A stretch of 63,980 nt of DNA, counting the filler, from Pelomyxa schiedti (taxonomy: Eukaryota; Protista; Evosea): assembly GCA_020536535.1 (NCBI GenBank). It is 10 parts of 10 records of this genome, joined end to end, with 100 filler letters (N's around TTAATTAATTAA, not from the genome) between each part and the next. Parts side by side here need not be neighbours in the genome. Positions count along the whole stretch, not along the records: positions 40,586 to 60,894 come from JAHLWZ010000705.1; 9 more parts are not named here. One strand, 5' to 3'. Positions 47,328 through 60,894 of this stretch are shown piece by piece (position 1 is the first letter of the stretch; every line of letters begins with the position of its first letter). The position numbers and the translations under genes were made by a program. The notes beneath the pieces were generated by a model. It ran no database searches, was not told the DNA's origin, and saw only the letters and a list, made by a program, of their open reading frames with translations.

Positions 47328-49256
47328 TTAATGATGATGATGGTTGGGGCGACCAGGAGACATCCCCTCAGAATCATGGCCAGCAGCATGGCAGCCATAG
47401 TAGTACCAGTTAACTTGCTCACCGCCGGGCTTGACGAAGCAGTCGTCGCAGTGGAAGTCAGTGCAAATGTGTGGCACGTGGACGCCCTCTGGTGACCACT
47501 CTGTGTACCCCCACAGGTTGTTGTCGATCAGTATGCAGTTAGAGTTGGTCCAGTAGTAGATCGATCCTGGTAGGCCACCACAGAATGTGTTGGGGTATGA
47601 AGCATCCCACGCCGGCCTGCGCATGTGGTTAAAATAAATGAATAAATTAGTTAATACTAAACGACACCCACGGCAAAACAGCACAGTCAAAAATGAGAGA
47701 GACACACAGAGAGAAACAAACATACTCTTCCTTGAACCAGTCGTTTATGAGGGCGTCAAATTCATCCACAGTGGCACACCCTTCGAGGAGGTTACCAGCT
47801 TCAGGGTCGCATTTCGGTTCCGAAGGGCAGTCACAGGCCCAATCGTTCTCGTTTGTGCAGTACTGAGCAAAGGCCTCGAGGGCCTCCCCAGTGCATGTGT
47901 TGTCAGTAAACTCCGCGGTGTAGTACACGAGGGAAAAAGCGTCGCAGTCGCCGCCGTCATATCCACAGTCCTCGTTGTTGCACGCACCGTCGCAGTGATT
48001 ATTGCCAATCATATCTCCGGAACACCACCATGCATCGCGATCAGTGTAACCATCCATCTCGCCGCAATAGCCATCTGTTGTGTGTTAGCCTCGTAAACTT
48101 GATCACCGGTAACATAGAATCACACACAGTCAAGAGGGGGAGAGAGATAGATATAATAAGGGAGAGGGGGACAAACAAGCGTCGCAGTCGCCGCCGTCCC
48201 GATCACAGAAATCGTTGTAGCACTCTTTGTCACAATGCCCATCACCAACCTTGCTCCTTTCGCACTGGGGGTAGTCGCAGTAGTCCTTCATGATTTCGTC
48301 ACAGTCACCGCCGTCCCAGTTGCAGTCCTCGTTGTAGCAATCCATGTCACATTGACCGTTGCCCGCGTCGGTAAGAATGTTGCACCCAGGACCGCACACG
48401 CCTTCACATTCAAATCCGTCCCAGAAGCATTCCTCGGTCCAGCAATCTATGTCGCATTGGCCGTTGCCAATCAGCCAGGGCCAGCAGTTAGGAGCGCAGT
48501 CGATGGGCACTGCACATTAGAGAAGGTAGAATATTAAAAACTTGCAAAACTTGCAAAAAAAAAAAAAAAAAAAGAAGAAGCTTCTACACACAGCAGTCTC
48601 CGCCGTCCCAGGCACAGTCGGCGTTGGCGCACTCCCAATTGCACATGCCATCGCCCCAGTCTGCAGACTCGCAGTTCCAGTCGCCGCAGACTCCTCCGTC
48701 GCCGCAGTCTCCGCCGTCGTAGTTGCATTCCTCTGTCATGCACCACGGGTCGCATTTGCCGTTCCCGATGGAACTGTTCAAGCATCCAGGGTTGCAGAGG
48801 CCTAGTTTTGTTGTTACTAGGGAGATAAAAAAAAAATGGGCAATAAAAACACGGGGAGATGGAGCGGGGGTAAGGGTGTACCTCTGCAGTCGCCCTTGTC
48901 GAAGGAGTTTTCCCTGCTGAAGCACTCGATGTTGCATTTGCCATTACCGACCAACCGGTCAATACAACTGTCTCCCCAGCCTTTGGAAGCAAAGGCGACT
49001 GTGGACAGGGCAAGCAATGCAATGNNNNNNNNNNNNNNNNNNNNNNNNNNNNNNNNNNNNNNNNNNNNNNNNNNNNNNNNNNNNNNNNNNNNNNNNNNNN
49101 NNNNNNNNNNNNNNNNNNNNNNNNGGAGTTTTCCCTGCTGAAGCACTCGATGTTGCATTTGCCATTACCGACCAACCGGTCAATACAACTGTCTCCCCAG
49201 CCTTTGGAAGCAAAGGCGACTGTGGACAGGGCAAGCAATGCAATGGCGCACCTCAT
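47328..49256 (-). CDS. Secreted cysteine-rich protein with about 7 LNR (Notch/Lin-12) repeats
   Basis: Signal peptide MRCAIALLALSTVAFA; repeated GNG/GDGxCDxxCxxxxCxxDGGDC units. Confidence 0.85.
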
Positions 49257-49979
49257 TTGTGTGGAATGGTTTTTGTTTTTGGTGTCTAAGTAGTGCTTGT
49301 TGCCTTGGTTGTTTGTTTATTTGTTGTTTTTATGTTGACGGAAGAGCCAAGCGGTTGTGCTTAAAAAGCCAGCAAGGCATCCACCGCTGCGGCACGCATC
49401 ATGTTGTTCATTGCCCAATTTGATGGCCGACTTCCCGAAGAGGGAAAAATCACAACACGAGTTTGTCAGTCGCCAGTGATGGTTGAACTCTTGGGACTTT
49501 CATCACACCTTCCGCGATCGCGCTGTTCGCATCCAGTGATGAGAACGCTTCGTACAGTGTACTTGGAGGAAAGGCGGATTTGGGCTCATCATCAATGTCT
49601 GGGGCTCTTTTGTTCTTGCTGAGACACCGTACCTCCCATACAACGCGGAAGCAACGGTGTTGCTGGCATTATCTGTCCCTTTCTCATGGACGACCAGATC
49701 CCAGTGGAGAGCAGGCGGGCTTGTGGCAGTGTTACGTAACTGGCTATGGAAGCAACGGCAACTGCAACAGAGCAGCCACTACCAACAGGAAAATAGTATG
49801 ACCGTGACCCGATGCCCAGAATATTTGTTGGAACCCTCACCACTCCGGAGTATATATATATTGTGTCGTTGTTGGAACGTAAAAAACCTCCAACAACACA
49901 AACTCCTGAGATAGAAGTTAGTTTAGCTTTACCAGTAGCACAGAAACAAAACCAGAGGAAAGTGTGGGGTCATACATTA

Positions 49980-51371
49980 TTACGTTGCGTTTCGTTTTTT
50001 GTGGGTTCCTTGGGTGTTCGTTTCTTTTTCCAAATCAATTGCACCCAGTGCAATAAGAACACATGGCTCAAAGCACATTGCAAGAAGCACACCTAGTAGT
50101 TGTACAACAATACAAGCAACTGCCATCTGCCACAACATTATGTCGCAATCTGCTGCGGCATTCACAAGCCTGTGATTATTATAAGAAAAAAAACCAGTAT
50201 TTTTAATTAAAGGGAAACCTTGCACCCCAGGCAGTGACACAAAACTCACCTGTAAGTAACTAGTGTAAGCAAATATCAAACAATACAGTAAAAATACCCA
50301 ATGACAAGAGTGATTGGAAGACCTTGAGTGGTGATTTCGAAAGTCTGTCAAATCCTTGCTTTATTGTTACCTTAAAACGCACTTTAGATGCAACTACAGG
50401 TTTTTTGTGAATGAGGGGTAAACATTTCTCAAGTAGTACCAGTACATAGAACTATTTAGGCCCAGTAGAGCTCCGGATAGTACAATTTCCAGGAGTAAAT
50501 ACAGGCGTATCTTATTGCTCCATGAGATCGGTTTTACACATGGGGGTGCACCTACATTTTTGTCACATTGCCTTGGTTGAGCGAGGGCCAGAGAAGCCAG
50601 CAAAAGCGGGGACCCGTGAAGTATCGCAGTGTACAGGCTGGTTCCAATGGCAACACCAAACCTATTCTTCTTTCCACCGTCTGTGCTAGTTGTTGTCATA
50701 GCAACATGTTCTGGCTTTGGTTTTGTTTCCCCAACGCCGCCGCCAGCGCCATGTTCCCCAGTAAGTTCACTGGCGCCGGTCATTCTGTTGGGTGTGGCTG
50801 TGTTTGTTGTTGTTGTTGCTGTGACATTATCACAGCCACCCGCAGAATCAGTAACTTCCAGCGGCGTAGTAGTTCCTGTTGCAGCTGCTGTGGGAGTGAC
50901 AGTGGTAGTGGCAGTGCTGCTCACAGCTGCTTCTGATGTAGTTGTTGTTGTTGCCGGTGGTGGTGGTTGCATTGCAATGACACCTGCCCCTGCGCGGTCT
51001 GCTACCAGAGACTCTTGTTCTGGCGGGGGGGTGGGGGCGGCATAATGTGCCTGCTGGTGATCTTCACCATCACCACCACCCCCATCACTACCCAGACACT
51101 GAGACTGAGACATGGGGGGGATACGGCCACCACCAGCCACGTTCACCTCGCTGTAGGTGTCGCTGTCGCTGCCCGCGCCACTATGGTTCGTGGTCGTCGT
51201 TGTTGTTGTGTTGTTGTCATTTGCCCCCCCCACCCCACGTCGTCGTGGCGACCCACACGGCGATGAAGAGGAAGACGATGACGACGATGACAAGGATGAT
51301 GAGTCCTCCGATGAGGCCAGAGAGCGGGGGGACGATGCCATTGGCGGTGGCGATGATGAGGCGGCCATCAC
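49980..51371 (-). CDS. Multi-pass membrane protein with an S/T-rich N-terminus, multi-exon
   Basis: Low-complexity N-terminus followed by hydrophobic segments (LLLASLALA, IRLYLLLEIVLSGALLGL, CDIMLWQMAVACIVVQLLGVLLAMCF). Confidence 0.55.
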
Positions 51372-51545
51372 GGTGCCGTTCTGTTCGTTGTGAAACGCCT
51401 TTCAGACGACTTCACGGAAATGGGAAGGAATGGTGAGGCAAAGCGGGCAAAAGGAGGATGGAAGCATGTATGGATAGAGGGAGTAGTTTTACGTTATTAG
51501 TGGTGGGTGTATAGAATAGGGAACGCGAGTATGGGGTGCCGGGTA

Positions 51546-54500
51546 TTAAAACAGCTTGAGGATCTTCTTTGGTTGCCTCCATACACACATAACGTTGTCG
51601 GTGTTGCCGGCCCAGAACGCGGGTATGTCATTCCACGAGAAGGCAAGCAGAGTCTTCACCCCCGATGCTGATGTGAGTGTGTTGCCCGAATGCGTTCCTG
51701 TGGTGTGCCAATCGGTAAGATATTTTTCAAGGAGGAATTCTGTATTTAGTATAACTTTGTTTATTTTATTATTATTATAAAAAAAGTCACATACTTCCAA
51801 GGACAGACAATGCGAAACTGGCGGCTGCAAGGGCCGTGGAGCCGGTACGGGGAGATGAAGGGGGTGCCGATTCGGGAAACCGGAATTCATGTATCTTGCT
51901 GAAGTTGTTGGCCGGATCCCAGCAGGCAATATTTCCACCAAAATCGCTGGACAAGACCAGGTTCTGGAACAAGCATAGGCGAGTCACTTCATGTTGATGC
52001 GCGAGTTTGAATATTTCCTGTATTTGATGTTACTTGTTGTTATACATGGAAAGGAAAAGTAATATCACCTTGCCATCAGAATTCATCACAAATACTGTCA
52101 TTCCGGAAGCAACTAGCATGTAGTCACCCACGGGGAGCATGCTGGTGACGCGCCAGTTGGTTGAGAGATGTACTTCCGCTACTGCCACTCGCAAGTCATG
52201 CGAGGAATTACTGGGAGGTGAGTTCTTTGATGGAGAAGCAAAATCCGGTGGCAATGGAGCACTTGCAGCCACAATTCGCACAAGATCATAGCACCCCAGC
52301 CACACATTGGAACCAAGTATCGAGATGCTATTTATAACCTGGCGAACTGAAAATCTTCCTTTGACTTTCCCGTTCTTGGGCAAACGTTAGATTACAATAC
52401 GGAATGGAATAGGAAAACCTCAGAAATGATAGAAACTTGTGTGGTGGTATTAGATGGGGCACAACTCCAAATTGTCTTTTTCCCCCTCTTAACGGTATCG
52501 TTCACTGCTAGACAGCGAACCATGTTGTGTTCTGCATCGTGCACAACAACTTTTTTCCGTTTGAGAGACTGTGGTTTGTGAGTGGAAATTTAGTGAAAAA
52601 AGCAATGCACCTTGGAATTTACAATCCAAACAGCTGATTCTTCACTACTTACAAATACTTTGTCTTTGACTGCGAGCATGGCATATATTCTCGTTTTATG
52701 AATTCGGATATCACTCACATTTTCAAAGGTTTGTGAATTCCAAAGGGATATTACGCCTCCATTTCCACCAATCTGCATATTTAAAACTGACTTAGATCTA
52801 AATAAGTATTCAAAGCAAACCCAAATGATGCCATCTACAACAGCAAGGCACCAAACTCTACCCACGGGCACAGGTGGCAGGCATGTTGGTTCCAGAGTGT
52901 ATACAAGATGTGGCTATTATTGGTGAAGAGTAAAGGACTGAAAATGGCAACTCACCTTGATTGAAACAAAAGACATCCTAAGCAATCTGTCTGGTTCCAT
53001 CCTCATTTGATCCAATCTTGCTCGAAGAATGCTCATTTCATTGGCGTGATTGATAGTTTGTCCGGTCTGCGTTTCATTGGTTGATTGAGTAAAATTATTG
53101 GGTAGCAGGTTTCAAAACCTCCGGTAGTACAATTTCAGATGTTGTGTACTTTTCTTCCTCATTAGCGAGTGCGGATTCCATCGTAACAAGGGATGTGAGA
53201 GTGGCAACGCTACTTGCATTTTCAGATTTTAAGGATTGGGAGGCAGGGGACTCAGTTGTGTTCAAATGTGTATCAGATTCGGGGGTTGCTTTGATACCCT
53301 GTGTCATGTGGGTGTTAATCCTCCCTGAAATTTTAAGTCTCCTGGGCATTGTAGGTGAAGCGGGAACACACCAACAAGGCCATCTGACTTGGCAGCGGAA
53401 AAAATTTCGTCTGCTCCAACAACATCAGGTTGATTACGTGGAGACTGTGATTCCTGTGCAATTGGGGGAGTTCTCGAGTGCGACCTGGGTGTTGTTTCCT
53501 TGTGTGTTTCGTGGTGTGATGATTTGTGATGGGAATGGCTATGCTGTGGCGTGGAGTGCTCTTCATGGCTGTGAGTTGTTGGCTCTCGCGGGCTCAAACT
53601 GACATTAGAGCTGGACCTGTGTTGCCGAGTGTGGTGCTCATTTCCGCGGGGTGACTCTGAACTATGGTATGCGTGTCGATCGGACGAGCGGGGTGATTGT
53701 GATCCGTGCTGCTCGGAATGAGAATGTCGGTGATCACTATGCACGTGGGAGGCGGTAGGAACCTCAGAAGAGGGGGCTCGAGGGTGGGTCATGGAGAGAA
53801 GTGCGGTTGATGCAGCACTGCCCATTCCACGCATAACCTCGGCAATATCCGTGGGCTCCTTAGTCTTTGTACTGGAATCTCCAGTAGACGCCTTGGAGCT
53901 TTTATGCCTTCTCCTAGGCCTACTACAATCGAATAAGGTCAATGATATTGTGAAGTAAGGATACATTGTAGGATTCACTAAACGTGCAAGAATCTCAGCT
54001 GCTTCTGGATCAATTTCTATTGGTGCAGAAGGTATTGCCATTGGGGAGGTATGCCCTTCTGTTAAGCGTTTTTGCTCCTCAGCAACACATGGTAGAGCTG
54101 GGGGTTTTTGAACTTCGGGTGGTGTTGCTATTTGATTTGATATTACGTCTCCTTTTGTGAGCCAACTGTGAGCAAGAAGAGCAGAAGCACACGGTCGGTC
54201 CGCTGGGTCTTTTTGAAGACACTTGGAGAGAAAGTCTTGTAGTTCCTTCATATTAATTAAATAAGTGGACAGGCAGAAAAAAGTGTTACCCCGGAGGCAG
54301 AAGAGGGTACAGGTATGTCACTCTGAATAATTTTAAACAAAGCTTGCATGTTGTTGTATCTAAATTACAGCTGTTAAAGGCCTAATTTACAAAAGAAAGG
54401 CAGACTCGTGAAACGGAGGGACTCCTTCGAGAAGTTCAATTGTCGTGATGCCTAAACTCCTTTTCCCGTTAGGTGGACAAAAGGGAAAGTGGGACAACCA

Positions 54501-56110
54501 TATATCAGAAGCAGCAGTGGAAGACCCTTGGATTACTTCAGGTGCCACTGGAAGCATGATTAGAATATAGAAAGGATAAGGCTATAAAAGTACTCCAATA
54601 TGGTGACCCTGCTGCAGCAAGGTTATCTTTTTGATCTTGCAGGGCTCTGGATATGCCGAAATCAGCTACTTTTACAGTGCCGTGCTAAAAGAAGAAATTA
54701 GAATTGCTTGGCACCTCTCGGGCGCCACAGACCTGGACAAGGCAGTTTGAAGCTTTTATATCTCTATGCACAACTCCCATCTCGTGAAGATATTTCAATG
54801 CGAGAACAACCTGGCTTAGGTTAATAACCTTTCAAGTATTGCGTGGTGTAAACCTGCTTAATGAAGATGGCAGCAATATTCTCGGGAAGTTTTCTGAATT
54901 CCTCAACAAAGTTGAGTAGTGTGCCATTTTCGGCATACCTGTGGGTAAACTTACTGGCTGTTTTTAAAATAACGCCATTATGTACTCTAGAAACAGGTAG
55001 ACGTGTCTATCCAGCTGACACATTCCTATGACGTGAATGATGTTGGGATGATCTAAGGTCTTCATCAAGTCCACTTCATGCTGTCAAAATTACCAAAGGG
55101 CATACAAAAGGCAAACAAACTTGAATGTCAGCCTGATTGGACTCCACATAAAGCTTCTTGAATTTTTTGACTGCCACAACCTGCCCACGTGTATCTATTG
55201 CCCGGAACACAGTGGCACTGGCTCCGCGTCCCAAGGGTTTCCCCATTACCTAGTCTCTGCATTAATTTTTACTATCAAAAAGCAGCTAATTGAGAGTCTA
55301 TTTGGCACACACATAGTTCCCAAAGTCAGTGCGCAATGGAAGGCCTTGCGACTTGGAGTTCTTTCTTTGAGGAGCCTCCGTGACTGCGATTCCACTGCAG
55401 GCAGGTTCCACTTCACCGTCGCCACCCATAATCACAGTTCCGCCGCCGCTCCCCCCGCCACTCATGTCCCCGAGTGACCGGAGAGTAAGCACCCTCGCGC
55501 ACGACGCCGAGTCCGGCGGCGCCATCCCCCCTCCCCCGCCCCCGCCACCCGCGCCGCTCCCGCTCGTCCGCAGGCGCGGCGGTGTCCCACTCCCGCTCAC
55601 GGTGGTGCACCCACTCACGGCCCCCAGCATCCCGGACGAGTTCAGCAGGCTGCACCGTGCCCGTGGCGACGGCGGGGCTGCGGCCGTGGCACCAATCCCC
55701 GGCACTGATGTTGATGCTGATGCTGATGCCGCTGCTGTGGTTGTTGTGGTGGGCGGGTGTGTGGTGATGGTTGTGGTGGTGGCGGCGGTAGTAGTTCTAC
55801 CCAGGGAAGCTGTGTCGACTACGCCGAAGTGGTAGACGTCACTGTCGTCGTCATCTTCATCTTCATCGTCGTCGTCCGAGTCGTCGCTGTCGTCGTCGTC
55901 TGTGTCGTCGTTCCTGTGCTTCCTTGTAGCGGGGGGCCGGGCGTCGTCGTCGTCGCTGGAGGCGGCGCCGCCGTCCGAGGAAGAGTCGTCGGCGTCGAGG
56001 AGGCTGTAGAGATCCGTCTTCACCAACGTGATGTTCTCGTACGACGAGCGACGGTTGCTGCCCACGGGTACCTCCCCGGGTGGGAGCGTTTCGTCAACGG
56101 ACAACGACAT
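51546..56110 (-). CDS. Ser/Thr protein kinase (STE group, Cdc15/SepA-like) with a C-terminal WD40-like propeller, multi-exon
   Basis: LGRGASATVF, VAVKK, LDHPNII, EYAENGTL, HRDIKASN, VKVADFG, GSPYWMAPEVI, ASDIWSLGIT.IELL.G.PP, KCLQKDPADRP. C-terminal GVISLWN, GNIACWD and VMCVWR. Confidence 0.9.
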
Positions 56111-56278
56111 CGATGAGTTTGTTGAATGCACTTTTCTCACACTGAAAAAACCAAGCAGTTCTCGGCAGTGCTCCAGGAGCCTGAAGGAACTGAGCCAATG
56201 CTTTTATTGTCCACTGGTAAGATTGTGTTGCTCTCAATTTGTTGTACATTCAGGCACGTCGCTTCGCTGCTTTGATGA

Positions 56279-56730
56279 GATGATGGACAACAACAGTTCA
56301 TCAGGGGATGGTGATGGGGTTGCGGTTGCGGGGCGATGGGGAGCGACGGAGGCCAGTGCGATGGACGCGGCAGCAGTAGCGTACGACGAGTGCCTGTGGT
56401 TGCGAGCTGACGGCCGATACACGTGGACGTGCGACGGCGACGGCGAGGCGCTGATGAGGAACTACGGCACGTGGTCCTATGACCGCCACTCGTCTGCTTT
56501 GGTGCTGGTCGAGGACGGTATATATGTCGCTCCCGCTGCGTTTGTTGTGGGGCTGTTGGGGGCAGTGGGGTTGTGAACTGGTACCCTCCTTAGTGGGGGA
56601 TTTTTACACCGTGCACATTTAAGTACCAACCAATACCGAAGATACCATGAGAACGGAGAGGTTACCTGTTGTTGTTGAGAGTGGCCAAGTCACCTCTGTG
56701 ATATCTGGTGACAGGGCACTGCGGAGTAGA
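56279..56730 (+). CDS. Small hypothetical protein, possibly a lipocalin-like beta-barrel; 3' end uncertain
   Basis: VAGRW..LWLRADGRYTW..GTWSYD..LVLV pattern followed by a GT donor. Confidence 0.35.
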
Positions 56731-56900
56731 GGCTACTAGAACACACCTTGATTATACCTCATACCTTCCTGTGATTTTCGACTCATGAAGAAAACCTCTG
56801 AGCTGCATGAAGATGCACTTACATTTTAAGAAAAACGAAACAACAAACCAACGTAATCGACGTTTTCGTCGGTTACGGTAAAAAGACCACAAACAAAAAA

Positions 56901-59802
56901 ATGCAAGATCGCGCCAACCAAGCAACCGAGGCACACATAACCCTCACCACTGCTGACGACCCCGTCCTTAGATCCCCTCCACCCCCTGACTCCATCAAAA
57001 GATCACTGTCCGCAAACACATCCTCCTCAGAAAGTTATTCCGAAACCAGTGCCGATGGACACCGAAACGGCGCGTCCGGGGTTAAGTGCACGCGCCGCCT
57101 CTCCGTCGCTTGCTGCCATAATCACGGCAACAGACGCCCCATAATACTGCAGGTGCTCCTGTCGATCTCGTTCATCGCACTGATGATCGCCGTGCTCGCC
57201 GCGCTGGTCCCATCATTCACTCTGTGGGCCACCTCTCTGCGCGGTCTCGACAAGCTGCAGACCGAGTCCCTGCACGACGCGATGACGATGAGGTGCACCA
57301 ACATCAGGACGACGGTGGAGGCCAACATCAACAACTGCGAGAGGGAGCTGAGGAGCGTGGCCGGCTGGGCCGGCAGCCGCGTCGATTATGGGATGGAGCG
57401 GCTTGGGTTCGGCGTGAACAACAGGAGAAGCCCACCCCTTGATATGGTAATCAACGAGACCATGTTTGGGTCTCTGAGCCTGAGGATATACGGTCAGTGG
57501 GGGACGGTTTTTGCCGTGTTTGTAGATGAGGGAATGTATCTAATAATTGGGGAGAGCCAATTTGGCCCCGCGTTGCTGGTTCAAAGGGGGTGAGTATAGT
57601 GTGGAATAATAATAATATTATTATTATTATAAGAAAGTTGCGTGATTTAATTATTTGTTGGTTTTTTTTATAAATAGCCCTTTGGGATTGATCCATTTTT
57701 TAGATACGGTGCTAATTACTCCTCTGTTGCGTATTTATATTTTCCTGGTCAGTATACTCCCAACTGGGCTTTCAAGATAGTTACTCCAATCGAACCTTTT
57801 CGCCGGCACGCCAATCTCACCAATGAAACCCTCCAGTCCCTCCAGAAGTCGTCGTTGTACTGGGGCCCTCTGGAAATTCCACAAAATACCAAACTCGTCA
57901 CTACGCAAATATTTGCTGGTCTGGTTCTACCTAGCACAGGGGAACTTGTTGGCGTTATCATCTCTGGGATCATGCCCGATGCCTTCCTCAATTTGTTCAA
58001 TGACAGCATCACAGAGGGAATGCTGTGCGCGTTCATCCAGGACCATGATGGATGCTTGGTGAGCAGTTCATGCGAATCTTCATCCACGGAAGTGGGTTCC
58101 AATGTTGAGAGAGTTTGCACAGTCAACTCAACGTCTTGGGAGATCAGGGACTCCTCTTCAATGCTCTCAGAAATACAATTGGAACAATCACACGTGCTCA
58201 TTTTTCATAGGTCCAATTACACAGTGGCGTTCCTTCAAATTCAGTCAAATGAAGGATTCAAGGCTGTCGCAACTGTTATAGCAGGTCAGTAACTTTTGTT
58301 AGCCTCTCTTTGTCCAACGTTCTCTCAGACACAGAGTTCTTTCAACGGACCTATAATTCGGTGAAAGCAGATTCACAAATGTATATCATCATCAGCCTTG
58401 CCATTGCAGTGGTCCTCGCCGGTGCTCTCTCCATCTTCACCCTCGGAGGTCAGCTCCAAGTCATCAATAGAATCAAGCAAATCAGCAGCGTCAGCACAGG
58501 AGAATCCAACCGACCACAGGCACACACATCCAAAGTTTCGCCGTGTGATGAAGAGGCCGAACAACCCGTGATCTCCAAATCGAAACCGGCCAAGATGACA
58601 TCGTGCATGAACCGGCTGAACGGATTCACATCATTGTCAGAGATTCAAGTGATCCTGGACAAACTCGAGTGGCTGGAAGGGAAAGTGCAAATCGTTGTTG
58701 CATTTGTTCCAGTCATCTCCAAGCTCGTGTGCAGGCAGAACATGTCCGACTCAGCGATCCTTGAGTCATCACTCTCACGGAGATTGGGATGTTACCTTTT
58801 CTGTGACATCGAAAGTATGTTCACTATTCCTTCATTCAACCCAACTTCACACTTACACAAACGCAGACTTCACACCACTCTGTGAGTCAGTGTCACCAGA
58901 CACAGCAGCGAAACTGTTGGAGTTGTTTTACAGCACAATCGAGAGAGACGCGGAGGCAACGAAACACAATTTGCTCGTGAAAAGATTGGGTGATGGAATC
59001 TTCATTGCTTGGGGATTCCAACTCGAGGTTTGATATACCACGTTGCGATGTTCCCCTGAAACCGTTACAGGTTGAGAAGACGAAATCTAGTGCCACACCA
59101 CTTCCGGCACTTGCATATGCAGCAGCACTCAGGATCGCGGAATCTGTGGAGGAACTCTCCGAGCACGCGAGGCTCCTCGTCGGGTCACAGGCACCGGATT
59201 GGCAGTTCACACTCCGGATCGGGATCACAACTGGACCGGCACTCCACGGACTTCTCAAGACAAGCACCCTCATCAACCCCGATGTGGTTGGTGCTGCCGT
59301 ATGTTCTCCCTCTTCTGCCCTCATGATGCAATATAAATTGTACAAATTAAATATCACATTAATTTCATGTGACTCATGAAACGGTTTTCCTAATCTCTTT
59401 TGTTCACAGGTGAACCTGGCAGCGAGATGCCAAAGTGCGGGCAAACTCCCGATGATCAAATCGCTCTCGAAGCAAGAGCTGTCGCCCGACGGCGGGGCGG
59501 ACCGCGTGCTGTGCACCATCGCCAGCGACCTCGTCACATTCCAGGCCAACTCGCACCTCGCCGAACTCCACAAGAACAACAACAACAACCCGTCGTCGTC
59601 ATCAGCGGCATTGTCCCTGAGCCTCGTTGCGGCTGCTCAGACGGCGGCGCACAGTCTGGGGCTTTACAAGCGGCACCTCGTGGAGGACGTGCCTCTGCAG
59701 GGAATCGGCAACACCACCCTCGGTGTCACTTTTGTGACTCTCCAACAGGCTCACGCCCACAAACAACCCTCCACTGCAATTCCTCACCATTCTACCAGCT
59801 GA
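56901..59802 (+). CDS. Receptor-type class III adenylate cyclase (TM - extracellular domain - TM - linker - cyclase), multi-exon
   Basis: Two TM helices; YLFCDIE.FTPLCE, VKRLGDG, LRIGITTG, PDVVGAAVNLAAR. Both metal-binding Asp residues, the K/D ATP-specifying pair and the N/R pair are present. Confidence 0.9.
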
Positions 59803-60161
59803 CCAGTTCGTATCACAATGGTACAAACAACACCCTGTAAGAACAACCCCCCACACACTGTACACATAATACGGAACTCAACAATACTTGCTTGTACAAC
59901 CCTCCACCAAAAGGAAGACAACGCGTCAAAATTTCTACGACGTTGCTTCACTGAATCACATGATTCGCGAAGATCTATATCCAGGGAGCCCAACCCAGGT
60001 GCATCTTTACTGAGCTTCGTGAACCAAACATCGAAATCATCACATCAGCCATACGATCTCTNNNNNNNNNNNNNNNNNNNNNNNNNNNNNNNNNNNNNNN
60101 NNNNNNNNNNNNNNNNNNNNNNNNNNNNNNNNNNNNNNNNNNNNNNNNNNNNNNNNNNNNN

Positions 60162-60894
60162 TGTTGTTGTTGTTGTTGCTGGTGGTGGTGGTTGCATTGC
60201 AATGACACCTGCCCCTGCGCGGTCTGATACCAGAGACTCTTGTTCTGGCGGGGGGGTGGGGGCGGCATGATGTGCCTGCTGGTGATCTTCACCATCACCA
60301 CCACCCCCATCACTACCCAGACACTGAGACTGAGACATGGGGGGGATACGGCCACCACCACCAGCCACGTTCACCTCGCTGTAGGTGTCGCTGTCGCTGC
60401 CCATGCCACTATGGTTCGTGGTCGTTGTTGTCGTTGTTGCTGTGTTGTTGTCATTTGCCCCCCCCACCCCACCACGTCGTGGTGACCCACACGGCGAAGA
60501 AGAGGAAGACGATGACGACGATGACAAGGATGATGAGTCCTCTGATGAGGCCAAAGAGCGGGGGGACGATGCCATTGGCGGTGGCGATGATGAGGCGGCC
60601 ATCACGGTGCCGTTCTGTTCGAAACGCCTTCAGACGACTTCACGGAAATGGGAACGGAATGTCCCATTAACATTGAGGCAAAAGGAGGATGGAAGCATGT
60701 ATGGATAGAGGGAGTAGTTTTACGTTATTAATGGTGGGTGTATAGAATAGGGAACGCGAGTATGGGGTGCAGAGTATTAAAACAGCTTGAGGATCTTCTT
60801 TGGTTGCCTCCATACACACATAACGTTGTCGGTGTTGCCGGCCCAGAACGCGGGTATGTCATTCCACGAGAAGGCAAGCAGAGTCTTCACCCCC
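60162..60894. repeat. Diverged duplicate of 50941-51663 (probable allelic haplotig)
   Basis: Same sequence with scattered SNPs and indels, bounded by gaps. Confidence 0.85.

Noticed and set aside
48904-49245. Apparent tandem duplication of the first LNR exon around a gap
   Set aside because: About 121 bp of identical sequence on both sides of a 100-N gap is an unmerged assembly overlap.
49400-49980. Plus-strand small ORFs
   Set aside because: No coherent frame or motif; probably intergenic or UTR.
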